From positions 64,001-128,000 of the IMG/VR virus record IMGVR_UViG_3300034065_000151: a stretch of 64,000 nucleotides of DNA; one strand, given 5' to 3'. Made by a program: the position numbers and the translations under genes. This DNA comes from a virus. Taxonomy: Duplodnaviria > Caudoviricetes. The first letter of the stretch is position 1, and each line of letters opens with the position of its first letter. Positions 1-9,510 of this stretch are shown in pieces. The notes beneath the pieces were generated by a model. The model worked only from the letters and a program-made list of their open reading frames with translations, had not been told where the DNA came from and searched no databases.

Positions 1-1826
1 GATAACAACACATCACCATTTAAAGTCATACCACCAGTAGCACTTGGAAGGGTTCCATATTTTGTACGGATCATACCAAGTTCTTCTAAGCAAGAAGCAT
101 ATGCCCAATCTTGAATCCACATTCTAGTCCAGCGATCTGTGATAAGTTCTTGTTCTTCACGTTCCATAACAACTTCAAGAACAACACGTTCTTGTGGCTG
201 CAATAAACGACGAAGAATAATTAATTCACGGCTTGCTTCATCCCAAGTAAACATAATATTACCAGCGAAGATTTTCTCATAGGATTTAGATAATTGATTC
301 ATCAAGTGAATTGAGAGTGTATCAACATTAGAACCCTGGTATAGCTGGTTAAAGAATGCTTGTGCATACAATCCAGTTTCAGATGAAAGTGAACTGATAC
401 CTAATTGGTTAATACGGTGAATCTTCACAACGTTAACAATCTTGTCTGTGCCATCACGTGGATCATTTAAGTAATAAACATTCTGACCACCAGTTGGTCC
501 ACCTAATAAAGTGAAAGAAATATGACGATGTGAATATGCATTGTCGGCACTCTTACGAAGTTCAGCTAATGCATTATTGATACCAATATCAAATTGATTC
601 TCACCAAGTTCCACGCATACTTGTGGATAACCCATTAAACCTTTTAATGTTTGTACTAATCCCAAGCGCGCGGCATTTGTACCATCAGCACCAATACCAA
701 CTTTATCAGTAGTTGGTACACCAACTTCCTCAGTATCTGCACGTTGCCATCCAGCACCATCCCACACCATTAATTGTTTAACAGTTGTGTTATAGTAGAA
801 GTCACCAATATTAGGAACTACCGGATTGAATGGACCAAGAATATTTGTATCTGAAGCAGTAGTAACTGCAGTCCAATGACCATTGATTAAAACACGAACT
901 AATCCCGGAGTTACAGAGAACCAACTACCAAGAGTAAAGAATTTAACCTGGAAAGTTGGTGGTGCACTTAATGCAGCTTGGATAGTCAAGTATATAAAGT
1001 CACCAGTGTTTGGTGCTGTTGGATATGTTGACTGTGGAATAATAGAAGTGAATGGTGCCCAGACAGCTCCCATTTTAACTTGGAGGTTTGCAGGTGTAGC
1101 AACTTGCCAAACCGAACCATCAAAGAATTGTAGAGCTTGAGTTGAGGTGTTATAAAATAACTGAGCAGTTTCAATTAATGGATTGGCAGATACAGGAGTG
1201 GTTTGCATGTTTGCACGAATCCATGCAGACTGCTCATCATTCCAGATTAAAACTATTCTGGTTGATGTATCAAAATAGACCTGGCCATTAGTTGGATTTT
1301 GTGGTGCTGTTGATGTACTTGGAATTGAGCCAGCATAAGGGCTGCTTTTGTTTGTAGGTACATTTGATTCTAATGGGTATGACTGAACACCCATTGTGTA
1401 ATATTGAAGAATGTTAGAACAAGCATGGATCGATGCATAATAAATTTTATTTGGATCCAAATTAGAAACTGTTACTGACATGTTTAGTGCTGGTGGTACT
1501 GGTGCGATGTTATCACCAAAGAAGCCATAGAATGCAGAAACAACTTGGGCTTGACCAATAACCCCATTGACTGGGTTGGGAGTTCCCCAATTTGAGGATG
1601 CTATATAACGAGTTCCATCTACTGGAAAGTCATCAGCAATAAAAGGTGTTTCAGAAATTAAAACAACAGCACCATCATAAGTAGTCAGATTGTTTGGAAG
1701 TGTCCATGAAATCTGTAATAACGCAGTTGTACTAGGAGCAACAGGAGCAATTCTATTAGCTGTAATAGAGATACCGCGTCCATCAGTCCAAAGACCTGCA
1801 GTTGTTAATTGGGTAGAATCTGCCAT
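1..1826 (-). CDS. gp13: Neck / head-tail adaptor protein (T4 gp13-like) with ~385-aa N-terminal extension; runs off the left edge
   Basis: Absent from the ORF track because it is truncated. Hand translation from ATG at 1826 (MADSTQLTTAG...). The C-terminal part reads LKGLMGYPQVCVELGENQFD...WIQDWAYASCLEELGMIRTKYGTLPSATGGMTLNGD, a gp13-type pattern. Late-promoter-like AATAAATA upstream. Confidence 0.8.
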   Translation of the reverse strand, partial: MADSTQLTTAGLWTDGRGISITANRIAPVAPSTTALLQISWTLPNNLTTYDGAVVLISETPFIADDFPVDGTRYIASSNWGTPNPVNGVIGQAQVVSAFYGFFGDNIAPVPPALNMSVTVSNLDPNKIYYASIHACSNILQYYTMGVQSYPLESNVPTNKSSPYAGSIPSTSTAPQNPTNGQVYFDTSTRIVLIWNDEQSAWIRANMQTTPVSANPLIETAQLFYNTSTQALQFFDGSVWQVATPANLQVKMGAVWAPFTSIIPQSTYPTAPNTGDFIYLTIQAALSAPPTFQVKFFTLGSWFSVTPGLVRVLINGHWTAVTTASDTNILGPFNPVVPNIGDFYYNTTVKQLMVWDGAGWQRADTEEVGVPTTDKVGIGADGTNAARLGLVQTLKGLMGYPQVCVELGENQFDIGINNALAELRKSADNAYSHRHISFTLLGGPTGGQNVYYLNDPRDGTDKIVNVVKIHRINQLGISSLSSETGLYAQAFFNQLYQGSNVDTLSIHLMNQLSKSYEKIFAGNIMFTWDEASRELIILRRLLQPQERVVLEVVMEREEQELITDRWTRMWIQDWAYASCLEELGMIRTKYGTLPSATGGMTLNGDVLL

Positions 1827-1936
1827 AATTGTTAGAAACCTTACTAAAGATGAATTTTGTATTACTATTTATTCATAATTAGTAGATTATTATATTTTAG
1901 AATATAATAAATAGTAGGATAATCAGGAGGATTTAA

Positions 1937-2161
1937 ATGATAAAACCATATATTAAAGCAGTTCATCATATGTTTATGCCCGGGGAAACTGTCACTGCGA
2001 CAATTAAAAAGTATAACTTATACCAGGTAACTAGAGAAGAAATGCCAGGTTTACTTGAGATGTTTAAGGAAGTTAATACAGCTGAAAATCCAAAACCGGG
2101 AATGAATGTTCTCATCCCCATTCTTGAACGTCTTCAACCAGAAGTATTTAAATCAGTTTAA
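1937..2161 (+). CDS. Small LysM-like protein
   Basis: GETV..IKKYN...N....PKPG..VLIP pattern; RBS AGGAGG; AATAAATA at 1906-1913. Confidence 0.55.
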   Translation: MIKPYIKAVHHMFMPGETVTATIKKYNLYQVTREEMPGLLEMFKEVNTAENPKPGMNVLIPILERLQPEVFKSV

Positions 2162-2428
2162 ATAGTCAGATAAGATATCAATCTTAACTTCTAATTCAAC
2201 CTTCTTGGCACGCATACTAGCAATGGCATTAGCTATTGCTTGTGGTGGGTGATGTGGGGAATATTGAGCATACTTTGATTCAATATGAGCTATTGCTGTT
2301 GAAACCAATTTATGTTCATCAACCAAAGTATTACGGTATTCATTTGAAAAAAAGTCCATGGATTTTCCTTTGGAAGGTTTAGGCTTCCGATTAAATTTTG
2401 ATATGATGGATAGGATATGTTTTTGCAT
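2153..2428 (-). CDS. Hypothetical coiled-coil protein (true start possibly ATG 2359)
   Basis: ORF track; AAGGA RBS precedes Met24. Confidence 0.55.
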   Translation of the reverse strand: MQKHILSIISKFNRKPKPSKGKSMDFFSNEYRNTLVDEHKLVSTAIAHIESKYAQYSPHHPPQAIANAIASMRAKKVELEVKIDILSDYLN

Positions 2429-2433
2429 ATATT

Positions 2434-2471
2434 TATTTATGGATATCGAGAACTGAATATATCCATAAATA
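2434..2471. promoter_or_regulatory. Perfect 13-bp inverted repeat; each arm contains CATAAATA (back-to-back late promoters)
   Basis: tatttatggatat (2434-2446) / atatccataaata (2459-2471). Confidence 0.55.
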
Positions 2472-2485
2472 GATTAAATTAGCAA

Positions 2486-3691
2486 TTAAGAATGAAACAC
2501 TTTGATGATTGCATTTGAGATAGCTGTATGACTTGCATCATTATATTGTTGTAACAACTTCATGTTAATCTGGTGACGACCATGAACAGAATCTTCTAAA
2601 GCCATTTCCATTTTTTCAATGATATCTTCTGGGCTATTTGGATTAGCATGATATCTTTTTGATACCCAGAATATTTCTTCAGATACAACTACTGGAACAC
2701 CTTGAGCTACTGCATCAGCTGATACAATATTAAATGTTTCACTGTAGCTAACTTGTAGGTTAATATCCATAGTTGCTATTAATTCAACGAAGTCATCATG
2801 ATCTAACCATTGGTGTTCTACCAAAGTTGCGATCGGTGAACCTGCAAAAATATTACGAATGTTGTGAAGAATTGGATTACCACCACTTTCAAGACGACTT
2901 GTGTTGATATGGAAATACAAATGTTTTCTATGACCTTCAGCATAACGTAATGCAGCAAAGGCTTGTTGAAGTTGGTTTTTCAATGGGCGGATAGCACCAA
3001 AGCAACCAACATGAATACATGATGGATCAACTTCACGATCTTGCCAAGTTGATTCTACTTCTGTACTATAGTAGTTGGGGAAGTAAACAACCTTATCAGT
3101 TGGAATACCTGTTTGTGATACTAATGCTTTTAAGTCATTAACAGAAGTATGTGTATTAGAAGCAATAAAAACTTTTTCAAATTTTGTATATTTCGGCAAC
3201 CATCCAAGAGCTTGACCTTCTTGGGCTAAGAATGGAATGTTACTATGGTTACGGATAATCCATTTTACATGAGGATGTAGTTTAGTTAATACTTCAAATT
3301 TTTCAGGTACTACCCAGATTGCTTCGATAATAACAATATCAGGTTTGAATTTAAATACTTCTTTGTCGATACAGTTGTTATCAATAACTTGTACAATTTT
3401 TGATTCACATTCATGACCATTGAGACCAAGGTCATTAAGCATATCGCTGACCATTGTTGCAGAATTAAGTAAGCCGGAAGAAAGTCCTGAACCTGCTCCG
3501 CCTGAACTATAGGAGCAATATGGATTATCACGATGTTTTAATATAAACAGTATTTTTTTCATTGAAGTTATGTCTTGTGGTGTGGTTGGTTGGTGAAAAA
3601 GTTTCATAAGGGTATCCTTTAAGTGTTGACCATCGAAATAATGGAATAGGTTTTCAAATACATCCATTATTGTTTGTATAAATTTGTTCAT
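2486..3691 (-). CDS. GT-B (GT4-like) glycosyltransferase
   Basis: VGCFGAIRPLKNQ and SETFNIVSADAVAQGVPVVVS correspond to the GT4 nucleotide-sugar-binding domain. Confidence 0.85.
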   Translation of the reverse strand: MNKFIQTIMDVFENLFHYFDGQHLKDTLMKLFHQPTTPQDITSMKKILFILKHRDNPYCSYSSGGAGSGLSSGLLNSATMVSDMLNDLGLNGHECESKIVQVIDNNCIDKEVFKFKPDIVIIEAIWVVPEKFEVLTKLHPHVKWIIRNHSNIPFLAQEGQALGWLPKYTKFEKVFIASNTHTSVNDLKALVSQTGIPTDKVVYFPNYYSTEVESTWQDREVDPSCIHVGCFGAIRPLKNQLQQAFAALRYAEGHRKHLYFHINTSRLESGGNPILHNIRNIFAGSPIATLVEHQWLDHDDFVELIATMDINLQVSYSETFNIVSADAVAQGVPVVVSEEIFWVSKRYHANPNSPEDIIEKMEMALEDSVHGRHQINMKLLQQYNDASHTAISNAIIKVFHS

Positions 3692-3729
3692 GTAAATCCC
3701 CGAAATTGAATTGCTAGAATTGATACATC

Positions 3730-3737
3730 TATTTATA
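3730..3737 (-). promoter_or_regulatory. T4-type late promoter TATAAATA upstream of the glycosyltransferase
   Basis: Exact T4 late consensus; a gp55 homolog is present in the window. Confidence 0.65.
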
Positions 3738-3742
3738 CAAAT

Positions 3743-3774
3743 AAAAAAGCTTACTAAAAATAGTAAGCTTTTTT
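3743..3774. terminator. Intrinsic terminator (bidirectional)
   Basis: aaaaaagcttacta-aaaa-tagtaagctttttt hairpin. Confidence 0.75.
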
Positions 3775-3794
3775 GGGGGAAGATATTTGAAATA

Positions 3795-4244
3795 TTATTC
3801 TTTTACAAGTAGATGATCTGCATCACCAACACCTCGAAGGGTTTTCTTATTAAACTTTAATACTTTATTACCATCTTTGTGATCAGTGATATGAAGTTGT
3901 GTTGGTGTAACTCTGAGAACATTGAATTTACCATAACTACCAGTATCAGTTCCTTTAGTATGAGTGTGTAATTTAACAACATCACCATCATTATATGAGG
4001 CAGTCATTGAGGTTGCACTTTCTTTTATACCTGCTAATGCAGCATAATACTTTGCATACATAGCTAAATCATTTAAATTGTAATAATCAATATCATTATC
4101 ATTTAAATAAGAAATTACTTCTTGATGATCAATCTTAAAATTAAGGGATTTTAAAAAAGACGCTTTTTCTTCATTAGACAATAAAGAAAACATATTTACT
4201 AATTCTGATGATTTTGACTCATTAAGTAATTGTGAGACTTTCAT
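3795..4244 (-). CDS. Hypothetical protein, probable internal head protein
   Basis: N-terminus MKVSQLLNES resembles a capsid-targeting peptide; internal IKES protease-type site. Confidence 0.6.
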   Translation of the reverse strand: MKVSQLLNESKSSELVNMFSLLSNEEKASFLKSLNFKIDHQEVISYLNDNDIDYYNLNDLAMYAKYYAALAGIKESATSMTASYNDGDVVKLHTHTKGTDTGSYGKFNVLRVTPTQLHITDHKDGNKVLKFNKKTLRGVGDADHLLVKE

Positions 4245-4357
4245 TTTTTTCCTTTAGTTATTAGTTTATTATTAATAAACTTCATTTTATAAGCTGTATC
4301 ATATTCTGATTTTAATATGGCTTTTTCTGCTTCAGGCCATCCCTTTTTTAACTTTAA
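4241..4357 (-). pseudogene. 3' remnant of a helical-repeat family gene
   Basis: Hand translation LKLKKGWPEAEKAILKSEYDTAYKMKF...KGKK* matches the family C-terminus (cf. LKKPFPKGEKAILGSSFADAYR at 42054). No start codon before the repeat; the TGA overlaps the next ATG. Confidence 0.7.
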
Positions 4358-4381
4358 GGAAACTTATAATTTTTAGGTATT

Positions 4382-4407
4382 AAAAAGGACTCTTCGGAGT
4401 CCTTTTT
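4382..4407 (-). terminator. Intrinsic terminator after the major capsid gene
   Basis: aaaaaggactc-ttcg-gagtccttttt. Confidence 0.85.
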
Positions 4408-4430
4408 AATTGCTTTACTACCTTTTTCGA

Positions 4431-5669
4431 TTAAACGAATGAAAGATTGGCAACACTTATGCGACCATAATAATCTGCCGAATTGCCTAAAGATGTGCTA
4501 GTTGAGGTAAATGTTGCTTTACCATATCTAGTCATCAATGAAACATGTGGATTGAATGTGTTAGGATCAACAACAACACCACTTGACATGATAGGGATAT
4601 ATGGGCAGTAGAAATAACCTGTATCCATTTCACCTGAACCGCCTTTGAAACCCATAAGGATTGGTTCTGTACCTTGATCAAAGTAGATATAGCTGTAAAC
4701 CTTGATACCACCATTTAATGTACCAACTAATTTGGTGTTGTTTGGACCATCGAATGAACCAGAAACAGCTGGAGCAAATACTGATTTAGATGCTGACTGC
4801 AATACTGATACAACAAGTGGTGAAACTACAATCCAATTACCTGGACCACGACGGGTTTTACGAGCGATTTCGTTAGCTACTTTGTTGATCAATACACCTA
4901 AAACAGCGTGACGATCACCAACATAGTTTGGAACACCAGTAAATGTACCTGACATATCGAATGATTCTGTAGTACCAGCTAAGGCGATAAGATCATTGAT
5001 AATTTCATTGTCGATTTCTGAAACAACAGCTGCTGAAAGTGATGCAGTGATTTCAGCTTCAAGGTCAAGACCGTGAGATGCTTTGATATCTTGCATTGCT
5101 TCAGGAGTCCAACGTGCTTGTAACTTACGTGAACCGGCTGTAACAGTTTGTTTTAATACTTCAAGAGTTAATGCACGACCACCGAATGCTTCATAGTCAG
5201 ATGTATTAGCTGCAATACCTGTTGAGGTACCTGCTGCTGGTCCACCTGCTGCTGCTGGAGCATCAGAAGTTGAGTAGAAACGCTTCATTTTTGAGTTGTT
5301 ACCGAATACTTCATCACCTGGGTTGATGTCTTCAGCTGTACCAGTATCGATAGTGCCTGGAAGGGCAGTAGTGGTTACGGCTTCTGAGAACAAGAAACGA
5401 AGTGAGTATACCAAACCAACAGGACCGGCCATAGGCTGAACACCAACAAGTTCAGTAGCGATGGTACCTGGGATGATACGTCGAATCATCGGGATAACGA
5501 TTTTCTGGAAGTTACCGATTGCGCCAGCTGATGAAGTTCCAGCAGGTGAGGTTTCTTGCAAATGTTGCATTTGATTATCTAGGACTGGTCCCAAGATACG
5601 TTTTTTACTTTCACTAAGACCATCGAGAAGGGTCTCTTTGGTTTCGTTCCAATTTTCATATAGTTCCAT
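4431..5669 (-). CDS. gp23: Major capsid protein (T4 gp23-like)
   Basis: IPMIRRIIP...GVQPMAGPVGLVYSLRF, RKLQARWTPEAMQD, FYCPYIP...MTRYG motifs. Start re-set to ATG 5669 (AGGAG RBS). Confidence 0.97.
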   Translation of the reverse strand: MELYENWNETKETLLDGLSESKKRILGPVLDNQMQHLQETSPAGTSSAGAIGNFQKIVIPMIRRIIPGTIATELVGVQPMAGPVGLVYSLRFLFSEAVTTTALPGTIDTGTAEDINPGDEVFGNNSKMKRFYSTSDAPAAAGGPAAGTSTGIAANTSDYEAFGGRALTLEVLKQTVTAGSRKLQARWTPEAMQDIKASHGLDLEAEITASLSAAVVSEIDNEIINDLIALAGTTESFDMSGTFTGVPNYVGDRHAVLGVLINKVANEIARKTRRGPGNWIVVSPLVVSVLQSASKSVFAPAVSGSFDGPNNTKLVGTLNGGIKVYSYIYFDQGTEPILMGFKGGSGEMDTGYFYCPYIPIMSSGVVVDPNTFNPHVSLMTRYGKATFTSTSTSLGNSADYYGRISVANLSFV

Positions 5670-5685
5670 TGAATTCTCCTGTGGA

Positions 5686-6558
5686 CTAGTTACTTGAAAT
5701 GCCCGCAAGCTTTCTTAATTCAGAATGCTTATCGCTTGAGGCTACTTTTGCTGGCTCTGTACTGTTAGGCACGTCACCGGTTACTACAACTGACTCGATG
5801 ATTTGAGCAGGCTTGTTATCTGTATTATCTTCACGGAGAACACGGGCGATAAAATGACCGTATGCTTCTTCAAGGCGGGAAGTTTCAACATTGGCTAATA
5901 CGAATGCCATTTGTTCTTTTTTCTTACCATTGAGTGATGAAAGAATTTTTTCCATCTTTGCTTCACGAACCATCTTAGACTGGGCTTCTTCAAGCTGTCC
6001 GATAGCTTTTTCTGCATCACTTAACTTAGCGAGTGTAGCGGATAATTTAGATTGAACTGAATTCTCGTCGACATAAGATGTAGCGAAGGTTGTTGCGTAT
6101 GCTTCAAAAATCTTACGACCGAATTCGTTTTGTTTAACGATTTCTAAATCTTCATGAAGTTCAGCCATTTCTTCGGTAAGACGGAGCTCAAAGAAAGCAT
6201 CCATTTTGTCGATTAATTGGTCAAGTTCTTCTGAAAGAGTATCAGCCATTGCGTGTTTTTCTTCTACAATCTTTTCTGCATATTCTGCTTCAAGATCACG
6301 GAAACGCTCAATGTCTGCTTTGAGTTCTGCAACTTCTTCATCTAATTTCTTTGCAACGAAAGCTTCAACATTTTCAATCAATGTATCACGTTCATTCGCC
6401 CACTGTTCAGCAATCTCAGCTCGCACTGTCATGGTAACTTCTTCACGAACAACAGATTTATATTGTTCTACTGATTCAGTCCATTGAGTGGAGATTTCCG
6501 CTTTTGCATCTTCGCTTAATAGCTCTGAGCTTAGCAACTTCTGAAGGATTTCATCCAT
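5686..6558 (-). CDS. gp22: Prohead core scaffold protein (T4 gp22-like)
   Basis: Acidic coiled coil, FGRKIFEAY motif, directly upstream of the major capsid gene. Confidence 0.85.
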   Translation of the reverse strand: MDEILQKLLSSELLSEDAKAEISTQWTESVEQYKSVVREEVTMTVRAEIAEQWANERDTLIENVEAFVAKKLDEEVAELKADIERFRDLEAEYAEKIVEEKHAMADTLSEELDQLIDKMDAFFELRLTEEMAELHEDLEIVKQNEFGRKIFEAYATTFATSYVDENSVQSKLSATLAKLSDAEKAIGQLEEAQSKMVREAKMEKILSSLNGKKKEQMAFVLANVETSRLEEAYGHFIARVLREDNTDNKPAQIIESVVVTGDVPNSTEPAKVASSDKHSELRKLAGISSN

Positions 6559-6675
6559 TAGCTTCTCCTTATATATGGTGGGGTTTTAGAGACATGGCTT
6601 AAGCTATATCTCTAATAGCAATAAACCTTTGTATTTGTTGGTGTAATAAATCACACCGTTTCATAACATACATTT

Positions 6676-6683
6676 TATTTATG
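6676..6683 (-). promoter_or_regulatory. Late promoter CATAAATA for the scaffold-capsid operon
   Basis: One mismatch to TATAAATA, intergenic. Confidence 0.6.
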
Positions 6684-6728
6684 GAAACAGTGAAAAATAT
6701 CAATATTTTTCACGTGTTTTCGTCAAAA

Positions 6729-7055
6729 TTATGCTTGTAATGCGTCCAATTCATCTTCAACGGCAGCTTTATCAGCACGTAATTCTTTAATTTTTTCTTT
6801 GTCTTTGTCTGCCTTAGCTTGAACTAAGTCAGCTTCGATTTTGTCGAGTTTCTTTTGAAGTTTTTTAGCAGGATCTTTCTTGCCTTCTTCAATAGCTTCG
6901 ATTTCTTCAGCTGTAAGTTCTTCAGTTGCAGGTGTTGCAAAACCAGTAACATCTTTCATCTTTGCAGACAAATAGTTATGTAGGTCAAGAGTTGCTTCTT
7001 CTTGCTTGTCGTTGATCAAATTGTTCAACATGTTCTTAAGTGCGTCACGATCCAT
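6729..7055 (-). CDS. Small charged prohead-core-like protein
   Basis: Lies between protease and scaffold; AAGGAG RBS; TATAAATA at 7086-7093. Confidence 0.6.
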   Translation of the reverse strand: MDRDALKNMLNNLINDKQEEATLDLHNYLSAKMKDVTGFATPATEELTAEEIEAIEEGKKDPAKKLQKKLDKIEADLVQAKADKDKEKIKELRADKAAVEDELDALQA

Positions 7056-7097
7056 TTTGGTTCTCCTTGATTAATGGGGGTACTGTATTTATAGTAA

Positions 7098-7382
7098 TTA
7101 TTTTGCTGCTCTTAGTAATGCTTCATAAACCATCGATAACACCTCCGACATTTCTTCGGCAATATAACCTTTGGCTGCTACTTCACATGCACTGACCAAA
7201 CTCTTCCTAAGAAGGTCCGGTCTGTTTTTATATGATTTAACAACAGACTGTAGCATTGGTTGTAACTCTTTACCACGTCCATCTTCAATAGCAATTTCAA
7301 TAGCATCAATAAATTCCTGATTCATTTCTGCATCAGATTCTTTTTATTCTGTTAAAGTATTGAGTAGCTCTTTAACTAACAT
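7098..7382 (-). pseudogene. Head-cluster gene interrupted by an in-frame TAA at codon 13 (or restarting at ATG 7325)
   Basis: ATG 7382 overlaps the upstream stop; reads MLVKELLNTLTE*KESDAEMNQEF..., in frame with ORF 7098-7325. Confidence 0.6.
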
Positions 7383-8164
7383 TATTTAACTTCTTCAACT
7401 AATGTGAATGATAACTTTTCAGCACCGGATCCACGAACCCAACTACCTTCATGTAAATAAAACCATGCACCTGATGTACCATCTTCTAAATCCTTAACAA
7501 CCATATATACTGAATGACCATAAGGAAGACCTTCATCTAAATCTTCTAATGCTTTTAAAGTTTTTACTTTTTTAGCAGCAAATACTTCAGCGATAGATTT
7601 AAACTTAATTGCACCTTCACCATATTTCTTATCAGTATCTGACCAACCAAGAATTTGATAGATGTCAGCACCTTGGTTATATTTGTTATATGATGCAAGA
7701 ACTGTCATGCCAGCTTCTAATCTATTACTTAATACTCTTTTAACAGCTTTGAATTTACGACCATCTGTCAAATCAAAAGTTTTTTCACCTGCTTTAAATG
7801 CTTTTACTAATTCTTTAGCATCTTTACTTTTCATACAACCTGATGAGAATTCGTGTGCTGCCGCCATCTCAGTTATTTTTTTTTTGATAACCTCAGTTGA
7901 TTCAGTCACACCAGCGCGATCGCTAACACGTTTGATTTCAACTGCATCATGTGGACCGCCTGCATTGAAATGGTCACCAACTTCAAGGGCATCAAGTTCT
8001 TCAATTTCATAGTCACTAAGTCCACAATCATCAGATGTGAACCATGTAAATGGATGAGTTGCAGATTTACCATCATGCTCACCATAACCATGTACCCAAG
8101 TTATTTTAAATTTCTTTTCGGTTTTTTCTTCAGAAAGAACCATTAATTCTTTAAGCAGTTTCAT
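7382..8164 (-). CDS. Hypothetical protein, probable internal head protein
   Basis: MKLLKELMVLSE start; VTES and ITEM protease-type sites; lies in the head operon. Confidence 0.65.
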   Translation of the reverse strand: MKLLKELMVLSEEKTEKKFKITWVHGYGEHDGKSATHPFTWFTSDDCGLSDYEIEELDALEVGDHFNAGGPHDAVEIKRVSDRAGVTESTEVIKKKITEMAAAHEFSSGCMKSKDAKELVKAFKAGEKTFDLTDGRKFKAVKRVLSNRLEAGMTVLASYNKYNQGADIYQILGWSDTDKKYGEGAIKFKSIAEVFAAKKVKTLKALEDLDEGLPYGHSVYMVVKDLEDGTSGAWFYLHEGSWVRGSGAEKLSFTLVEEVK

Positions 8165-8166
8165 GA

Positions 8167-9012
8167 TTACTTACCTTTGAAAACATCAGCACGGATACCA
8201 CGTTTTTTCATTTCAGCTTCTACTTTTTTCTTAGCATCACTAGTGCCTTGTGATGAAGTACTTGAAATTTTGCTAAACATTCTGTGGATTTCTGCATCTG
8301 ACAATAATGAATATTCGCCTTTGTAACCTTCTTCAACTGGTTCTTCTTTAGGTTCTTCTTTAGGTTCTTTTTCAGCTTTAGGTTCTTTACCTTCGCTGCC
8401 TTCTTCTTTTTGTTTCATACCGTCTTTAACACCGGCTTCATAAACTTTTAAAAGAAGTTCTTCGAGTTCTTCGACATCTTTACCTTCTTGCTTAGGATCA
8501 CCAATGCCAAATTTCTTAGCAACAGCTTTTGCAAGTTTTTTAACTACTTTAGGAAGATCGTCTTCTTCTTCTTCGTTATTTTTTTTCTTTTTACCATCTT
8601 TATCAGCATTATCGCCTTCGCCTTTATCGGCTGCGGCTTCTTGCTCTTCTGGTGTTGGATCACCATCAGCTGCATCTTCAGTAAGTGGTTTTGCTGGGAT
8701 ACCAGACATCTTACGAAGGGCTGCTAATGCAGATTCTTTAACTTCATAATGCTTCTTAAGCAATTCTTTTGCATTGTCTAAACGAGCTTTATCTTTTTCA
8801 TCCATATTTTTACCTTGACGGTTAATATAGAAGTTCAAACTTGATGAGGCAGCTTTGTGATCTTTGTGAGCAGCAACTAAACCTTTAACGATAGCAGCAG
8901 CAGGTTTTTCAAAAAACCCTTCTGGTGCTTCCCATTTTGTTTCAACTTTTGCAGACCATTTCTTAGCTTCAGTTAAACCAGCTAATTCTTTTAGGCGGAG
9001 ATTATCAGTCAT
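8167..9012 (-). CDS. DUF3175-like domain protein with charged C-terminal region (probable head protein)
   Basis: KKWSAKVET...LNFYINRQGKN....RLDNAKELL recalls DUF3175; LTEA, VKES, LTED and VEEG sites. Confidence 0.6.
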   Translation of the reverse strand: MTDNLRLKELAGLTEAKKWSAKVETKWEAPEGFFEKPAAAIVKGLVAAHKDHKAASSSLNFYINRQGKNMDEKDKARLDNAKELLKKHYEVKESALAALRKMSGIPAKPLTEDAADGDPTPEEQEAAADKGEGDNADKDGKKKKNNEEEEDDLPKVVKKLAKAVAKKFGIGDPKQEGKDVEELEELLLKVYEAGVKDGMKQKEEGSEGKEPKAEKEPKEEPKEEPVEEGYKGEYSLLSDAEIHRMFSKISSTSSQGTSDAKKKVEAEMKKRGIRADVFKGK

Positions 9013-9022
9013 TTTTGTTTCC

Positions 9023-9508
9023 TTATTTGTGGGATTTAAAGTAATTTAATTTTTTAAGTATTTCATTAATAGAATTACTTATTTCCTGCGATACTACTTT
9101 TGCGCCATGAGTTTCAGATGTATTCATGAAACCTTTCCATGACGGATTTTCTAATACACGTTTTGTTGCTGTTAAGCCATCAATTGCTTCTTGACGAAGG
9201 GCTTGAAAGTCTGCATCACTATTTGATCCAACACCTTCAGTTGCTTCATTAACTTCTACTGATTCGGACATTTCCCATGATTCTTTAGAAGCAAGGAATT
9301 TCCAAGCTTGTTGGAAACTAATACCTTCTGGACGTTCACCATCAGATAAGTATTTTTTAACTAATCCTTGGGCTTTACCTTTTGTACCAACTCCACCAGA
9401 AAATTCTTTAAATTTAGCTATTAACACTTTTTTCTCTTTAGAAGAAAGCGGTCTTAAACCCATAGGATCGGGTTTTTTGCCAAAGCCAAAGATTTCATTT
9501 ATTAACAT
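9023..9508 (-). CDS. Hypothetical protein, probable internal head protein
   Basis: MLINEIF start; MSES and VNEA sites; directly downstream of the protease. Confidence 0.6.
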   Translation of the reverse strand: MLINEIFGFGKKPDPMGLRPLSSKEKKVLIAKFKEFSGGVGTKGKAQGLVKKYLSDGERPEGISFQQAWKFLASKESWEMSESVEVNEATEGVGSNSDADFQALRQEAIDGLTATKRVLENPSWKGFMNTSETHGAKVVSQEISNSINEILKKLNYFKSHK

Positions 9509-9510
9509 AA

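Noticed and set aside
883-1878. Short ORFs 883-1140, 986-1174 and 1690-1878
   Set aside because: They overlap the long gp13-like frame that runs off the window edge.
5670-5708. ORF-track start of the major capsid protein
   Set aside because: It overlaps the scaffold gene; ATG 5669 has a proper AGGAG RBS.
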